Positions 1 through 12,171 of a stretch of 64,000 bases of DNA are shown piece after piece. This DNA comes from Macrostomum hystrix (lineage: Eukaryota; Animalia; Platyhelminthes), in assembly GCA_950097015.1 (NCBI GenBank), contig CATNEN010000003.1, positions 2,976,001 to 3,040,000 on the forward strand, read 5' to 3'. The translations under genes and the position numbers were made by a program. A model generated the notes under the pieces. It saw only the letters and a program-made list of their open reading frames with translations. It did no database searches and was not told the origin of the DNA. The first letter of the stretch is position 1. Each line of letters begins with the position of its first letter.

Positions 1-277
1 GAGGGGAGCGCCACTAATAGGTGGGGAGCGCAACTAATAGGAGGGTAGCGCCACTAATAGGTGGGGAGCGCCACAAATAGGTGGGGAGCGCCACTAATAG
101 GAGGGGAGCGCAACTAATAGGAGGGGAGCGCCACTAACAGGAAGGGGTCGAGCGCCACTAATAGGAGGGGAGCGCCACTAGTAGGTGGGGAGCGCCACTA
201 AAAGGTGGGGAGCGCCACTAATAGGTGGGGAGCGCCACTAATAGGAGGGGAGCGCCACTAATAGGAGGGGAGCGCCC
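1..277. repeat. G-rich ~21-bp minisatellite (GGGAGCGCCACTAATAGGWG-like), runs off the left edge
   Basis: About 13 tandem copies visible. Confidence 0.95.
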
Positions 278-504
278 CTTGGCCTTCGTCGGGAATTCTC
301 TTCTAGCCGTGAATCTCTGTCTGAATCTAGCGGATAACTCACTATTCTAAAAGATTTGGTGAAAAAAACTTTATTACTGATGACTGATCTTACCTGTAGA
401 CTTGATTAAATTACTAAGCTGCCTCGTTCGCTTAGTAATTTTTAATCATTTTAATCGACTTTAAATACAAGTAAGAAGGCTGTGAGAACTATGGATTGCG
501 GAAA

Positions 505-665
505 TTTCGGGCGCAGCCGCGGAGAGAAGGCTCGGGGGCTCGTCGGGCAATTTACGCCCTTGAGGGCCAACCTCCAAGGCACAGTGAGAGTGTCATGGCA
601 GATGTACATTGCACCTCTGCTCAGGAGTCAGCGAAATGGATAGAATTGCCTCCTCGCTGGCGAGA
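505..665 (+). mobile_element. Truncated copy of SINE family A (body only)
   Basis: Collinear near-identity to 36375-36590 (GCCGCGGAGAGAAGGCT...GAGGGCCAACCTCCAAGGCACAGTGAGAGTG...GCTCAGGAGTCAGC...GAATTGCCTCCTCGCTGG); tRNA-like head absent. Confidence 0.75.
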
Positions 666-1565
666 GGGCTGGCGATTGAGTTGTCCTCAATTTTAGTATT
701 GCCAGGTTGGGCGGTCTTCTCCCTCGGGTGGACTTAGACCTGGCACGTCTTGGACTCTCGGGCTCGTGCTAATCTCCTTGTTCGGCCGGACTACGTGTGT
801 GCGGGTATCGTTTTCGAGCTTGTTTTCTATAACGGAACGTTTTGATTATTTGTAGTATGACTTCTATTTATTAAACTGTCACATTTTTCCCTATGTTTTC
901 GTTATTTTTGTCCCATGCTCAACGGTAACTCAAATGTCTACCTCTTAAGACATGCATAAAAAATACTTTCGGAAAGCTCTTTTTGTACTTTTCTAAAACA
1001 TCAAAACACCGTAAAGACATGCAGTCTCTGGACTGTCTGGGGATTACGCCTTGGCATCAAGCAGCCGTCTTCTAAACGATAATGAATCTATTCGGCGATG
1101 TCACCTTTGAACAACAACAAAAAATCACATAAAAACTGGGTTTAGCCAGAAAAATCTATTTATACGAACTAAATTACAATTCTTACCAGTCCTTAGATTC
1201 AAAACGGAATTTTAGTATAATAAATAAGTTCACGCTGAAAGTCCCAAATTTATCGCATAAAAGTGACGTCTTAAATTATTCCTCCAAAATGGGATTGTTA
1301 TTAGTGCAGTCACTTGCTGGTTTTCTCACGTTGTCCGTGCATTCAGCTAAAGAACGTCGAAACGGAGTCAGTTTATTATTCAACGGAGGGGCGTGTCTTA
1401 GAACGAGTTTTCAGTCGTGATTCACTAGTGCGGGCATATGTGTATGCAGTATGGGTTTTACCTTCAAGTCTCACTAAATTATTGTGTGAGAATGTAAAGT
1501 CTGGCGCTGGTTTCATGATTAACCGCCCCTTTTGTAATGGACGAGCAATGCCTCACAACTGAATT

Positions 1566-1573
1566 TATAAAAG
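1566..1573 (+). promoter_or_regulatory. Putative TATA box of lipase gene
   Basis: TATAAAAG ~90 bp upstream of the ATG at 1662. Confidence 0.5.
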
Positions 1574-1661
1574 CTTGACGATTCGACCAAGAAATGTCGC
1601 TATACTATTGTGCAGCTCAAACTTAACAGGTTGACAGTTGAGCACTAGAACTCAATCAGCA

Positions 1662-3529
1662 ATGCAATTGAGCACACAGCAGCTTCTGCTGCTGCTTTCC
1701 CTGAGTGCGGCATCAGCTGCACCTCGGGGCAGCGACACTCCGTACTTCATCCCCAGGACGGTCTGCTACGACGGCATCGGCTGCTTCAGCACCGGCGGCA
1801 ACTTCTACGACATTTTCCGCAGGCCGGTCCATCAGCCGCCGCAGGATCCGAATGCGATCAGGCCGACCTTCGCCCTGTACACCAGGCGGAATGTCAACAC
1901 TGCACAGGAGCTAGTCTTCAACAATAGGAACAGCGTGCTCAACTCCAACTACAGGCCCGGCTCGCCTACGAACATCATCATTCACGGCTTCACAGACAAT
2001 GGCAACTCCGAGTGGAATCACAAAATGAAGACTGCCCTGCTGAATCTAGGCGACTACAATGTCATCCAGCTGGACTGGAGTCGCGGCAACGGCTTTCCCT
2101 ACGGACAAGTGAGAAAATGGCAAAATTGGTTTTTACTAGCATTGCTTAAATCAATAACGAGATGACGGACTGGATTTTATTAAGAATTTAGTGTAGACCT
2201 AATAACTGTGTCAATAGTTTCCGTTGATCTTCTGTTGCTCGTTGGTCTGGCGATATTTTCAAAACTCCTCAGCTAAGTATTGATTTAAGATTAAATTAAA
2301 TTAACTGTCTATTAACGCCCACCAGAATTTACTGCTGCATCAATTAGCGTCACTCAATTACCGCTCCTGTCACTCATCTATCGCACTTTCTTTCCAAAAC
2401 CGTCCCAGGCAACATCCAACACTCGCATCATTGGCGCCCTAATCGCCCAAATGATTGTCTGGCTGGAGACTAACTTTGGCGCGAATCGCGAATACTTCCA
2501 CCTGATTGGCCACAGCCTCGGCGCACACGTCGCTGGCTACGCAGGCGAGCGGCTTAACAAGGGCGCCAACATTCAGCTCGGCCGAATCAGCGGCCTGGAC
2601 CCCGCCGGGCCCTACTTTGAGAACACCCACCCGGAGGTTCGCCTGGACCCCACAGACGCCAGATTCGTTGACGCCATCCACACCGATGGTGACAGCCTGC
2701 TGAGCACCATCAAGCTGGAGGGCGGCTTCGGCCTGATGCAGCCGGTGGGTCACGTGGACTTCTACCCGAATGGCGGTCGCGTGCAGCCAAACTGCAGGGA
2801 TGGGTCGAGCGGCAGCGTCTCTGGCATCATCAGCGGCACCGTGTGGCGGCTCACCTGCAGTCACAATCGCGTACTGGGCCTCATGATCAGCAGTATTGCC
2901 AATCCTAGGCGCAATTATTTGGTAAGCGAATCCATAAAATATACTCACTAATTTGAGTGTATCTCGATCACTCATTTAGCTAAACTCAAATCTACGGTTA
3001 ACACACAAAACATTAGTTTATTAGAAGTAACGTATGTTTACAAGAAGTAACGCAAGTTTAATAGAAGTAACGCAAGTTTTAGAAGTAACGCTACTTTAAG
3101 TTAAGTAACGCATTTTTTAAAAAGGTAACATATTTTATCAGGAATATCGTACTTTCGTCAGAAGTAACGTAAGTTTTAAAATAAATAAATTTTGTTATCA
3201 TTAGCATCATTTCAGAAGTAACGAAGGATTATGAGAAGTATCAAATGACTTCATAAATACATGGTCCCATCCACGCCAGGCTTATCCATGCTCAAGCTAC
3301 GAAGACTTCAAAGCTGGTCGTTGTCGCAGCTGCGGCACAATCGGCTGCTCTCAGATGGGCCAGCGAGCCGGCGAATGGAAGCCCAACGGGAAGGTGAACG
3401 TGAAGATGTTCTTGGATACAGCTGGCACCGAGCCATATGAGAGTGAGTTAATTGTGCAACGAGGTGGCATATTTAGCTTAACGCGTGTAACAAATCTGTT
3501 TTTACCTATATTTTGCAGGTCTCGGCTAA
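1662..3529 (+). CDS. Secreted pancreatic-lipase-family (PNLIP/PNLIPRP-like) enzyme, 377 aa; join(1662..2108,2409..2921,3280..3442,3519..3529)
   Basis: Signal peptide; VCYDGIGCFS, IIIHGF, DW, GHSLG (Ser), GLDPAGPYF (Asp), DAIHTD, GHVDFYPNGG, CSH (His), AYPCSSYEDFKAGRC; all GT-AG junctions keep frame; AATAAA at ~3665. Confidence 0.92.
3020..3240. repeat. Degenerate AGAAGTAACG-core minisatellite in lipase intron 2
   Basis: Repeated AGAAGTAACG at ~20-bp spacing. Confidence 0.7.
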
Positions 3530-3879
3530 TGGTTACGATTCGCTTACGCTAAAGCCATTTTTTCGTAAAACTCTATTTCGCAACTTCCTGGTGCAACTCT
3601 CGCAATGGAGACACTCCACCGATCTGCTTAATGCATATGCTAACGGGTCAAGTGTTCCTAACTTAATAAATTAAATTAAAAATATGGACACTGCGATATA
3701 CAAACCTTATTTTTATGTTGCTGTGTTTAAATAAAAATCTTTCAGTTATAACAAAACGCTATAACAATAAAAATTTACTATTTAAAATATTTGAAATCTT
3801 TGTCTTTGTGAAGGGTAATTCAGAAGTTTTTGGAGTCAGGGCACTTCAGTCATGAGATATTAGCGTACAGTTACTATTG

Positions 3880-5075
3880 TAATAGTTGGTCATTTCCTAG
3901 TTGGCCTATGATAGTTGGTCTTGTGATAGTTGGTCTTGTGATAGTTGGTCTTGTGATGGTTGGTCTTGTGATAGTTGGTCTTGTGATGGTTGGTCTTGTG
4001 ATGGTTGGTCTTGTGATAGTTGGTCTTGTGATGGTTGGTCCTGTGATAGTTGGTCTTGTGATAGTTGGTCTTGTGATGGTTGGTCTTGTGATAGTTGGTC
4101 TTGTGATAGTTGGTCTTGTGATAGTTGGTCTTGTGATGGTTGGTCTTGTGATAGTTGGTCTTGTGATAGTTGGTCTTGTGATAGTTGGTCTTGTGATAGT
4201 TGGTCTTGTGATAGTTGGTCTTGTGATAGTTGGTCTTTTTCTCGTTGGTCTTGTGATAGTTGGTCTGTGTGATAGTTGGTCTTCTGATAGTTGGTCTTGT
4301 GATAGTTGGTCTTGTGATAGTTGGTCTTGTGATAGTTGGTCTTGTGATAGTTGGTCTTGTGATAGTTGGTCTTGTGATAGTTGGTCTTGTGATAGTTGGT
4401 CTTGTGATAGTTGGTCTTGTGATAGTTGGTCTTGTGATAGTTGGTCTTGTGATAGTTGGTCTTGTGATAGTTGGTCTTGTGATAGTTGGTCTTGTGATAG
4501 TTGGTCTTGTGATAGTTGGTCTTGTGATAGTTGGTCTTGTGATAGTTGGTCTTGTGATAGTTGGTCTTGTGATAGTTGGTCTTGTGATAGTTGGTCTTGT
4601 GATAGTTGGTCTTGTGATAGTTGGTCTTGTGATAGTTGGTCTTGTGATAGTTGGTCTTGTGATAGTTGGTCTTGTGATAGTTGGTCCTGTGATAGTTGGT
4701 CTTATGATAGTTGGTCTTGTGATAGTTGGTCCTGTGATAGTTGGTCTTGTGATAGTTGGTCTTGTGATAGTTGGTCTTGTGATAGTTGGTCTTTTTCTCG
4801 TTGGTCTTGTGATAGTTGGTCTTGTGATAGTTGGTCTTGTGATAGTTGGTCTTTTTCTCGTTGGTCTTGTGATAGTTGGTCTTGTGATAGTTGGTCTTTT
4901 TCTCGTTGGTCTAGTGATAGTTGGTCTTGTGATAGTTGGTCTTGTGATAGTTGGTCTTGTGATGGTTGGTCTTGTGATGGTTGGTCTTGTGATGGTTGGT
5001 CCTGTGATAGTTGGTCTTGTGATAGTTGGTCTTGTGATAGTTGGTCTTGTGATAGTTTGTCTTGTGATAGTTAGA
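3880..5075. repeat. 15-bp minisatellite (GATAGTTGGTCTTGT)n
   Basis: About 79 tandem copies between the lipase and M13 genes. Confidence 0.97.
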
Positions 5076-5548
5076 CAGTGATAGTGATCTTTTTTATGAA
5101 AGTTTTTTACTGTGTCATTGACCGCAGAACGATTAACAAGCATGGCGGCATCAAATTCTGGTGACCTTTTACCAGCCTCGAGCATACAACAATTTCGTTC
5201 ATTTGTCCAATAGAAATCTGTGACCCGAAGTCATGATTGGCAAGTGTGGCAGTGACGGCAATTTAATCGGCTGCAGTGTAAACAAAGCATTTCATTGAAT
5301 TTTTAAGGCTGTGTCAGTCAAAATGGTGGTCACTGACACTGTTGATGGCTTTGATGCTGAAACCTTTGAACTTAAATAACTTAATCTGAATCTGAATTTA
5401 AGTGCAACTGAATTTAAGAGTCAAGAGTGGTAGTTAAATGCCCACCTGGTAAGCTAGATCTCTCAAGAACTGAAGAGCATACAATTAGCCAAAAGATAAT
5501 TTAAAAACAATATAATTGCATGCGAGAAAACATCTAGATATCGCTATT

Positions 5549-8500
5549 ATGGGTAAGTAAATATCCCACCAAAAGCTTATTCCATTTTCAGTGATCAGTC
5601 TATCAAGTGATCAGTCTATCAAGCGATCAGTCTATTAACTATAAAAATCAGTCTATCAAGTGATCAGTCTATCAAGTGATCAGTCTATCAAGCGATCAGT
5701 CTATCAAGCGATCAGTCTATCAAGCGATCAGTATATCAAGTGATCAGTCTATCAAGCGATCAGTCTATCAAGCGATCAGTCTATCAAGCGATCAGTGTAT
5801 CAAGTGATCAGTCTATCAAGCGATCAGTCTATCAAGTGATCAGTCTATCAAGTGATCAGTCTATCCAGCGATCAGTCTATCAAGCGATCAGTCTATCAAG
5901 TGATCAGTGTATCAAGTGATCAGTCTTTCAAGTGATCAGTCTATCCAGTGATCAGTCTATCAAGCGATCAGTCTATCAAGCGATCAGTCTATCAAGTGAT
6001 CAGTCTATCAAGCGATCAGTCTATCAAGCGATCAGTCTATCAAGCGATCAGTCTATCAAGCGATCAGTCTATCAAGCGATCAGTCTATCAAGCGATCAGT
6101 CTATCAAGCGATCAGTCTATCAAGCGATCAGTCTATCAAGTGATCAGTCTATCAAGCGATCAGTCTATCAAGCGATCAGTCTATCAAGCGATCAGTCTAT
6201 CAAGCGATCAGTCTATCAAGCGATCAGTCTATCAAGCGATCAGTCTATCAAGCGATCAGTCTATCAAGCGATCAGTCTATCAAGCGATCAGTCTATCAAG
6301 CGATCAGTCTATCAAGCGATCAGTCTATCCAGTGATCAGTCTATCAAGCGATCAGTCTATCCAGCGATCAGTCTATCAAGTGATCAGTCTATCAAGCGAT
6401 CAGTCTATCAAGCGATCAGTCTATCAAGCGATCAGTCTATCAAGCGATCAGTCTATCCAGCGATCAGTCTATCAAGCGATCAGTGTATCAAGTGATCAGT
6501 CTATCAAGCGATCAGTCTATCAAGCGATCAGTCTATCAAGTGATCAGTCTATCCAGCGATCAGTCTATCAAGCGATCAGTCTATCAAGTGATCAGTGTAT
6601 CAAGTGATCAGTCTTTCAAGTGATCAGTCTATCCAGTGATCAGTCTATCAAGCGATCAGTCTATCAAGTGATCAGTCTATCAAGCGATCAGTCTATCAAG
6701 CGATCAGTCTATTAACTAATCAGTCTATCGAGTGTTCAGTCTATCAAGTGATCAGTCTATCAAGCGATCAGTCTATCAAGCGATCAGTCTATCAAGCGAT
6801 CAGTCTATCCAGCGATCAGTCTATCAAGCGATCAGTCTATCAAGCGATCAGTCTATCAAGCGATCAGTCTATCAAGCGATCAGTCTATCAAGTGATCAGT
6901 GTATCAAGTGATCAGTCTTTCAAGTGATCAGTCTATCCAGTGATCAGTCTATCAAGCGATCAGTCTATCAAGCGATCAGTATATCAAGTGATCAGTCTAT
7001 CAAGCGATCAGTCTATCAAGCGATCAGTCTATTAACTAATCAGTCTATCGAGTGTTCAGTCTATCAAGTGATCAGTCTATCAAGCGATCAGTCTATCAAG
7101 CGATCAGTCTATCAAGCGATCAGTCTATCCAGCGATCAGTCTATCAAGCGATCAGTCTATCAAGCGATCAGTCTATCAAGCGATCAGTCTATCAAGCGAT
7201 CAGTCTATCAAGTGATCAGTCTATCAAGCGATCAGTCTATCAAGCGATCAGTCTATCAAGCGATCAGTCTATCAAGCGATCAGTCTATCCAGCGATCAGT
7301 CTATCAAGCGATCAGTCTATCAAGCGATCAGTCTATCCAGCGATCAGTCTATCAAGCGATCAGTCTATCCAGCGATCAGTCTATTAACTAATCAGTCTAT
7401 CGAGTGTTCAGTCTATCAAGTGATCAGTCTATCAAGCGATCAGTCTATCAAGTGATCAGTGTATCAAGTGATCAGTCTTTCAAGTGATCAGTCTATCCAG
7501 TGATCAGTCTATCAAGCGATCAGTCTATCAAGCGATCAGTATATCAAGTGATCAGTCTATCAAGCGATCAGTCTATCCAGCGATCAGTCTATCAAGCGAT
7601 CAGTCTATCAAGCGATCAGTCTATCAAGCGATCAGTCTATCCAGCGATCAGTCTATCAAGCGATCAGTCTATCAAGCGATCAGTCTATCAAGCGATCAGT
7701 CTATCAAGCGATCAGTCTATCAAGTGATCAGTGTATCAAGTGATCAGTCTTTCAAGTGATCAGTCTATCCAGTGATCAGTCTATCAAGCGATCAGTCTAT
7801 CAAGCGATCAGTATATCAAGTGATCAGTCTATCAAGCGATCAGTCTATCAAGCGATCAGTCTATTAACTAATCAGTCTATCGAGTGTTCAGTCTATCAAG
7901 TGATCAGTCTATCAAGCGATCAGTCTATCAAGCGATCAGTCTATCAAGCGATCAGTCTATCCAGCGATCAGTCTATCAAGCGATCAGTCTATCAAGCGAT
8001 CAGTCTATCAAGCGATCAGTCTATCAAGTGATCAGTCTATCAAGCGATCAGTCTATCAAGTGATCAGTCTATCAAGTGATCAGTCTATCAAGCGATCAGT
8101 CTATCAAGCGATCAGTCTATCAAGCGATCAGTCTATCCAGCGATCAGTCTATCAAGCGATCAGTCTATCAAGCGATCAGTCTATCCAGCGATCAGTCTAT
8201 CAAGCGATCAGTCTATCAAGTGATCAGTCTATCCAGCGATCAGTCTATCAAGTGATCAGTCTATCAAGCGATCAGTCTATCAAGCGATCAGTCTATCAAG
8301 CGATCAGTCTATCAAGTGATCAGTCTATCCAGCGATCAGTCTATCAAGTGATCAGTGTATCAAGTGATCAGTCTTTCTAGTGATCAGTCTATCCAGTGAT
8401 CAGTATATCAAGTAATTCTAGAGTGAGATCTTTAATACCAATGTTAAATCTCAAGACAGGTCAGGCTCTTAAGTGGTCAAGTAAAATAGGTACTCATACA

Positions 8501-10862
8501 AATCACCGCAAACCTAGAAAAACTTTAACCCATAATTTAACCCACATCTGCAGTTTCCGTGCAGAAGGGCTTCGTTCTATTGACATGGCTGCAGCTGCTG
8601 CTAGTGCTGTCAACGACAGTTGTCATAAAAAGCGCCAATGCTGCAGACACTGGCTTTGACGGTGCAAACAAAGGGTTAAGAACGGTTGAAGTTTGCGATT
8701 CCATCGAGTGCACAATGCTCGCAGCGGACATTGCCAAGCGGATGAACACTTCCGCAGATCCATGCGAAGATTTCTACAATTATGCATGCGGTAACTTTCG
8801 CAGCGTTGTCAGGTACGACCCGGACAAGGCGTTCAACAGGCGCCTACCAAGAGATCACTACCTGTTCCAGGACGCCTTCAGCACCATGGAGAAGAGGCTA
8901 AAAGAGAATATCTACGAAATGTTTGTGCTTGACTCTGTAGCTCAAAGCACTGATAAGGACATCAACGATTTGTACAATTTTACAAGGCTTTTCTTTCGCA
9001 GCTGCAGCCAATGGATGCGCTTCAATGACGACAGCGCGAACCAGTTCTCAAACTATGAGTCGTCGATTAACTTCATCAAGGACACGTTCAGGCATCTGAT
9101 AAATGAAATAGCGCCATCTGATCGGCAGAAAAAATCGCTTGAGTCTATCCTGGCCAAGCTGGTCATGTCCGGTGTTGAAAGCATGCTCCAAGTCACCCTG
9201 CCTGTTAGCTTCGCTGAAAACGTACTACTCAACGACTACAACCTGACCAACATATCGAGAGCCGTATTGGAGGCTAATCCGTTTCTCTACACCAGCGAGC
9301 CAGATCTGCGGCCCTACATTCTGTTCTTCACCAGAAATAAAATCTCCGCGCCTCTGGCACTCAGCAAGCAGGCAGACAATTTCGTGGCCATCTTGGGCGA
9401 GCTGAGGAACGCCAGCTTGAACCAGTCTTGGGTCGAGGACTGCTCAGTAAAGCCTAGCCAAGGCGAGTTCACAGTTCGGGATCTAGACGTAATGAGCCGA
9501 TGCGCCCTTCCCGAATCTCCATTTACCTGGGAGACATTCTTTGAAGAGCTGCTGCAGGCGCCGATCGACCCGGAGGCTCTGATTGATGTGCCGAATGCCA
9601 CAGTTCTGATAAATTTTGTCAGCTACTTCAAGAGCCGCCCAGTGTACACCACCGGTGGAGTCCAGTTCTCTGAGCACGCATCGCTGCTAGTATTCGATTG
9701 GCTGTTAAGTTTCGCAGCATTTTTTCCGCGCGAATTATTCAAGACCTGGCAGGTGAGCAAGATCAGGGAGCTGCAGCTGCAGCGACCCAAGGGTGACATC
9801 ATCGACGGCTGCATGATGTGGACTCGGCGCTTTCTGCAGCCCATTGTCGAACGCATGTACCAGTCGGCCTACCATCCAGAGACCTTCCAAGACGTCAAAG
9901 ATATTGTGCAGACGATTCAAAATGCATCAATTGACAGTATCATGGCACAAGATTGGATCACTGACACAGCCAAAGAGGCGATAATCAGGAAACTGATGTC
10001 TGTGAGGCAGAGCATTGGATTCGACCAGCTTTCAGCAAGTCAGCTGACTAAATTTTACGCCACAACACTGAAAGCCTATCGCGAGGCGAACGTGCCAGAC
10101 AAAGTTGAAAACGCCTTTGGTCGGCTGCTTTCGATCGCCCTATGCGCACACGCTAGGAAGAATTTCGATGTGATGTCCGGCAACAGCCCTGTGACTATCT
10201 TTCTCGAGCTAAACCCTTTGGTGATCAACGCGTTCAACTTCCTGGAGAGGAATCAGATCATCTTCCCGATGGCGATCTTGGCGCCGCCAGTTTACCACGT
10301 CACTTATCCGGCCTACATCAACCTCGGCAGCCTGGGCTACATCATCGGCCACGAGATTGGACACTCCTTCGACAACGACGGTCACGAATTGAATCCGCTT
10401 GGCACTTTGGGCCACTTCTGGGACAGCGAGACCGAGGCCAACTATCTAGAGAGAACAGAGTGCGTGCGCCGTTGCTATGGTAACTTCAGCCTGTACCCAG
10501 GAGGACCTCCTCACCAGTCCAACAGCACGCTGGGCAACGACATCGCCGACATCATCGGAATCAAAGCGGCTCTGAATGCTTTGCGCCGATTAAAAGCGGC
10601 CGGAGTGCCGATGCCGGCGCTGCCCAGACTGCCAGTTGACGGCCTCGATCCCGAGCGGCTGTTCTTCATTCAGGCCGCACAGGGCTGGTGCTTCAAGTCG
10701 GAGCCGAGGATTCTGCGCTCCATCTTCACCGGCTCACCTAGCCACAGTCCGCACCACCTGCGAGTGCGAGGCATTGCGCAGAATACGCGCGAGTTCACCG
10801 AGATCTTCGGCTGCCAGACTGGCCAACCGATGGCGCCGGAGTCCAGGTGCGAGTTCTGGTGA
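5549..10862 (+). CDS. Secreted M13 (neprilysin/ECE-like) metallopeptidase homologue, ~770 aa; join(5549..5552,8554..10862)
   Basis: C..C...DPCEDFYNYACG N-terminus, NAF, HEIGH, HSP, C-terminal CEFW. The 8559 ORF lacks an ATG; ATGG|GTAAG at 5549 splices in frame to CTGCAG|TTTCCGTG at 8554, giving MVSVQKGFVLL... signal peptide. The 4-nt first coding exon is inferred. Confidence 0.88.
5590..8412. repeat. 16-bp satellite (GATCAGTCTATCAAGY)n inside the inferred M13 intron
   Basis: About 175 copies with recurring variant blocks (e.g. ATTAACTAATCAGTCTATCGAGTGTT at ~6711, 7031, 7383, 7863). Confidence 0.97.
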
Positions 10863-12171
10863 TAAAGACGCCTGGTTAAAGCCATTAAAGACGCTCAATA
10901 TAGAAAATTTATGAATGTACTGAGATTAAATGTCAGTGTGTGTGAACAAGCACCACAATAGTGAGTAGTACGGCTAGCTACGTTTTTTAGAAAATTTTTT
11001 GGAGGCAGATTTTTGCCGAAAATTACACTACAGAAGTGGGAAATTTTACAATTTAGCAGTAGAAAGACGATGCTATTACCGCCCCCCCTTGGGAAAGATT
11101 TCCACTGCCGTACTTAACGGTAGCTCTATCTCTATCTATTTGCAGGGGGGCCCGGGGCACTTTTCACACAAGCGACGGAGCGGCACGCCCCCAGACCGGC
11201 GAACTAGGCGCTTTTGCGTCCATCGCGCCGCCTCCCCTGAGCAGGCACCACACACAGCAGCACAGACCAGCCGGGGAGGGCAGGAGGCACCCAGAATAGG
11301 CAGCAGTGCCCCCCACCCCAGCCCCACACGCACAGAGCAGACCAAGCTGGGGTGGAAGGCTGATAAGAAATCAGTCCTCAGGGCTGGGTGATGAGTGTAC
11401 ACTTATCCAATCGCGCTGACGGAAGTTCAGAAAGCGAGCGGCGGTGTACACCCGCCCTCCAGCCACCCCCCGCAAGGTCTCACGCCCCAGCGCCAACGCA
11501 CACAACTCACACAACGCAGAACAGGCACACAGAAGGTAGGAGCGAAGCTATTATTTCAAGCTTTGATTGCACGAAATATGGTGCACCTCCGCCGGTCGCT
11601 ACTGTCCAAACCCCCCAACAAGCCCCGAAATTAATCGTGACTTGAAGGGTGAATCGAACTAGCGTCCTTTGGAGTGCGAGGCAGCGACGCTAGCCGCTGA
11701 CCCACTCGCCCCCTAACGGTAGCTCTCAAACCGAATGACCGAGCTTCGTAAAAGTCCACCATGGATAAAAAATTGCCGCCACTTTCGATGAACTTACTTT
11801 CAAAGACGTCCGACGGCAGTATCGTCGAGATATTCAGCGATCTTTTCGAAAACCCTTGGGGACAACGAAAACTAACATTGGTTAACATGGTCGACATGGT
11901 TAAATAATGAAACTTTGAGAGCATGAATATTATGGATATATTGGTGGTGTTCAATAAGACCAGAATCGTTGAATATCTCGAGGATGCCGATGTTTTGTGA
12001 CTCTGGAAGTTGTTTCATTGAGATCAAAATTGAAGCCTTTGATCAAGCAGCTTTTTATGGGGAAAACCAGACGCTGTACGCATGTTTTAGAGCAAGACTC
12101 TTAATTCTACGAGGGTCTATGAGGTCTACGAGGTGCTACGAGAATCTATTAATTCTACGATAATGATATAT

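Noticed and set aside
1-277. CTCF-like motif in the G-rich minisatellite
   Set aside because: CCACTAATAGGTGGGG is out of register with the CTCF consensus
3830-8380. ORFs such as (VIVGL)n, (SWSCD)n, (TITRP)n and (SSDQSIKRSVYQAISL)n
   Set aside because: Translations of the 15- and 16-bp satellites, open in several frames and strands at once
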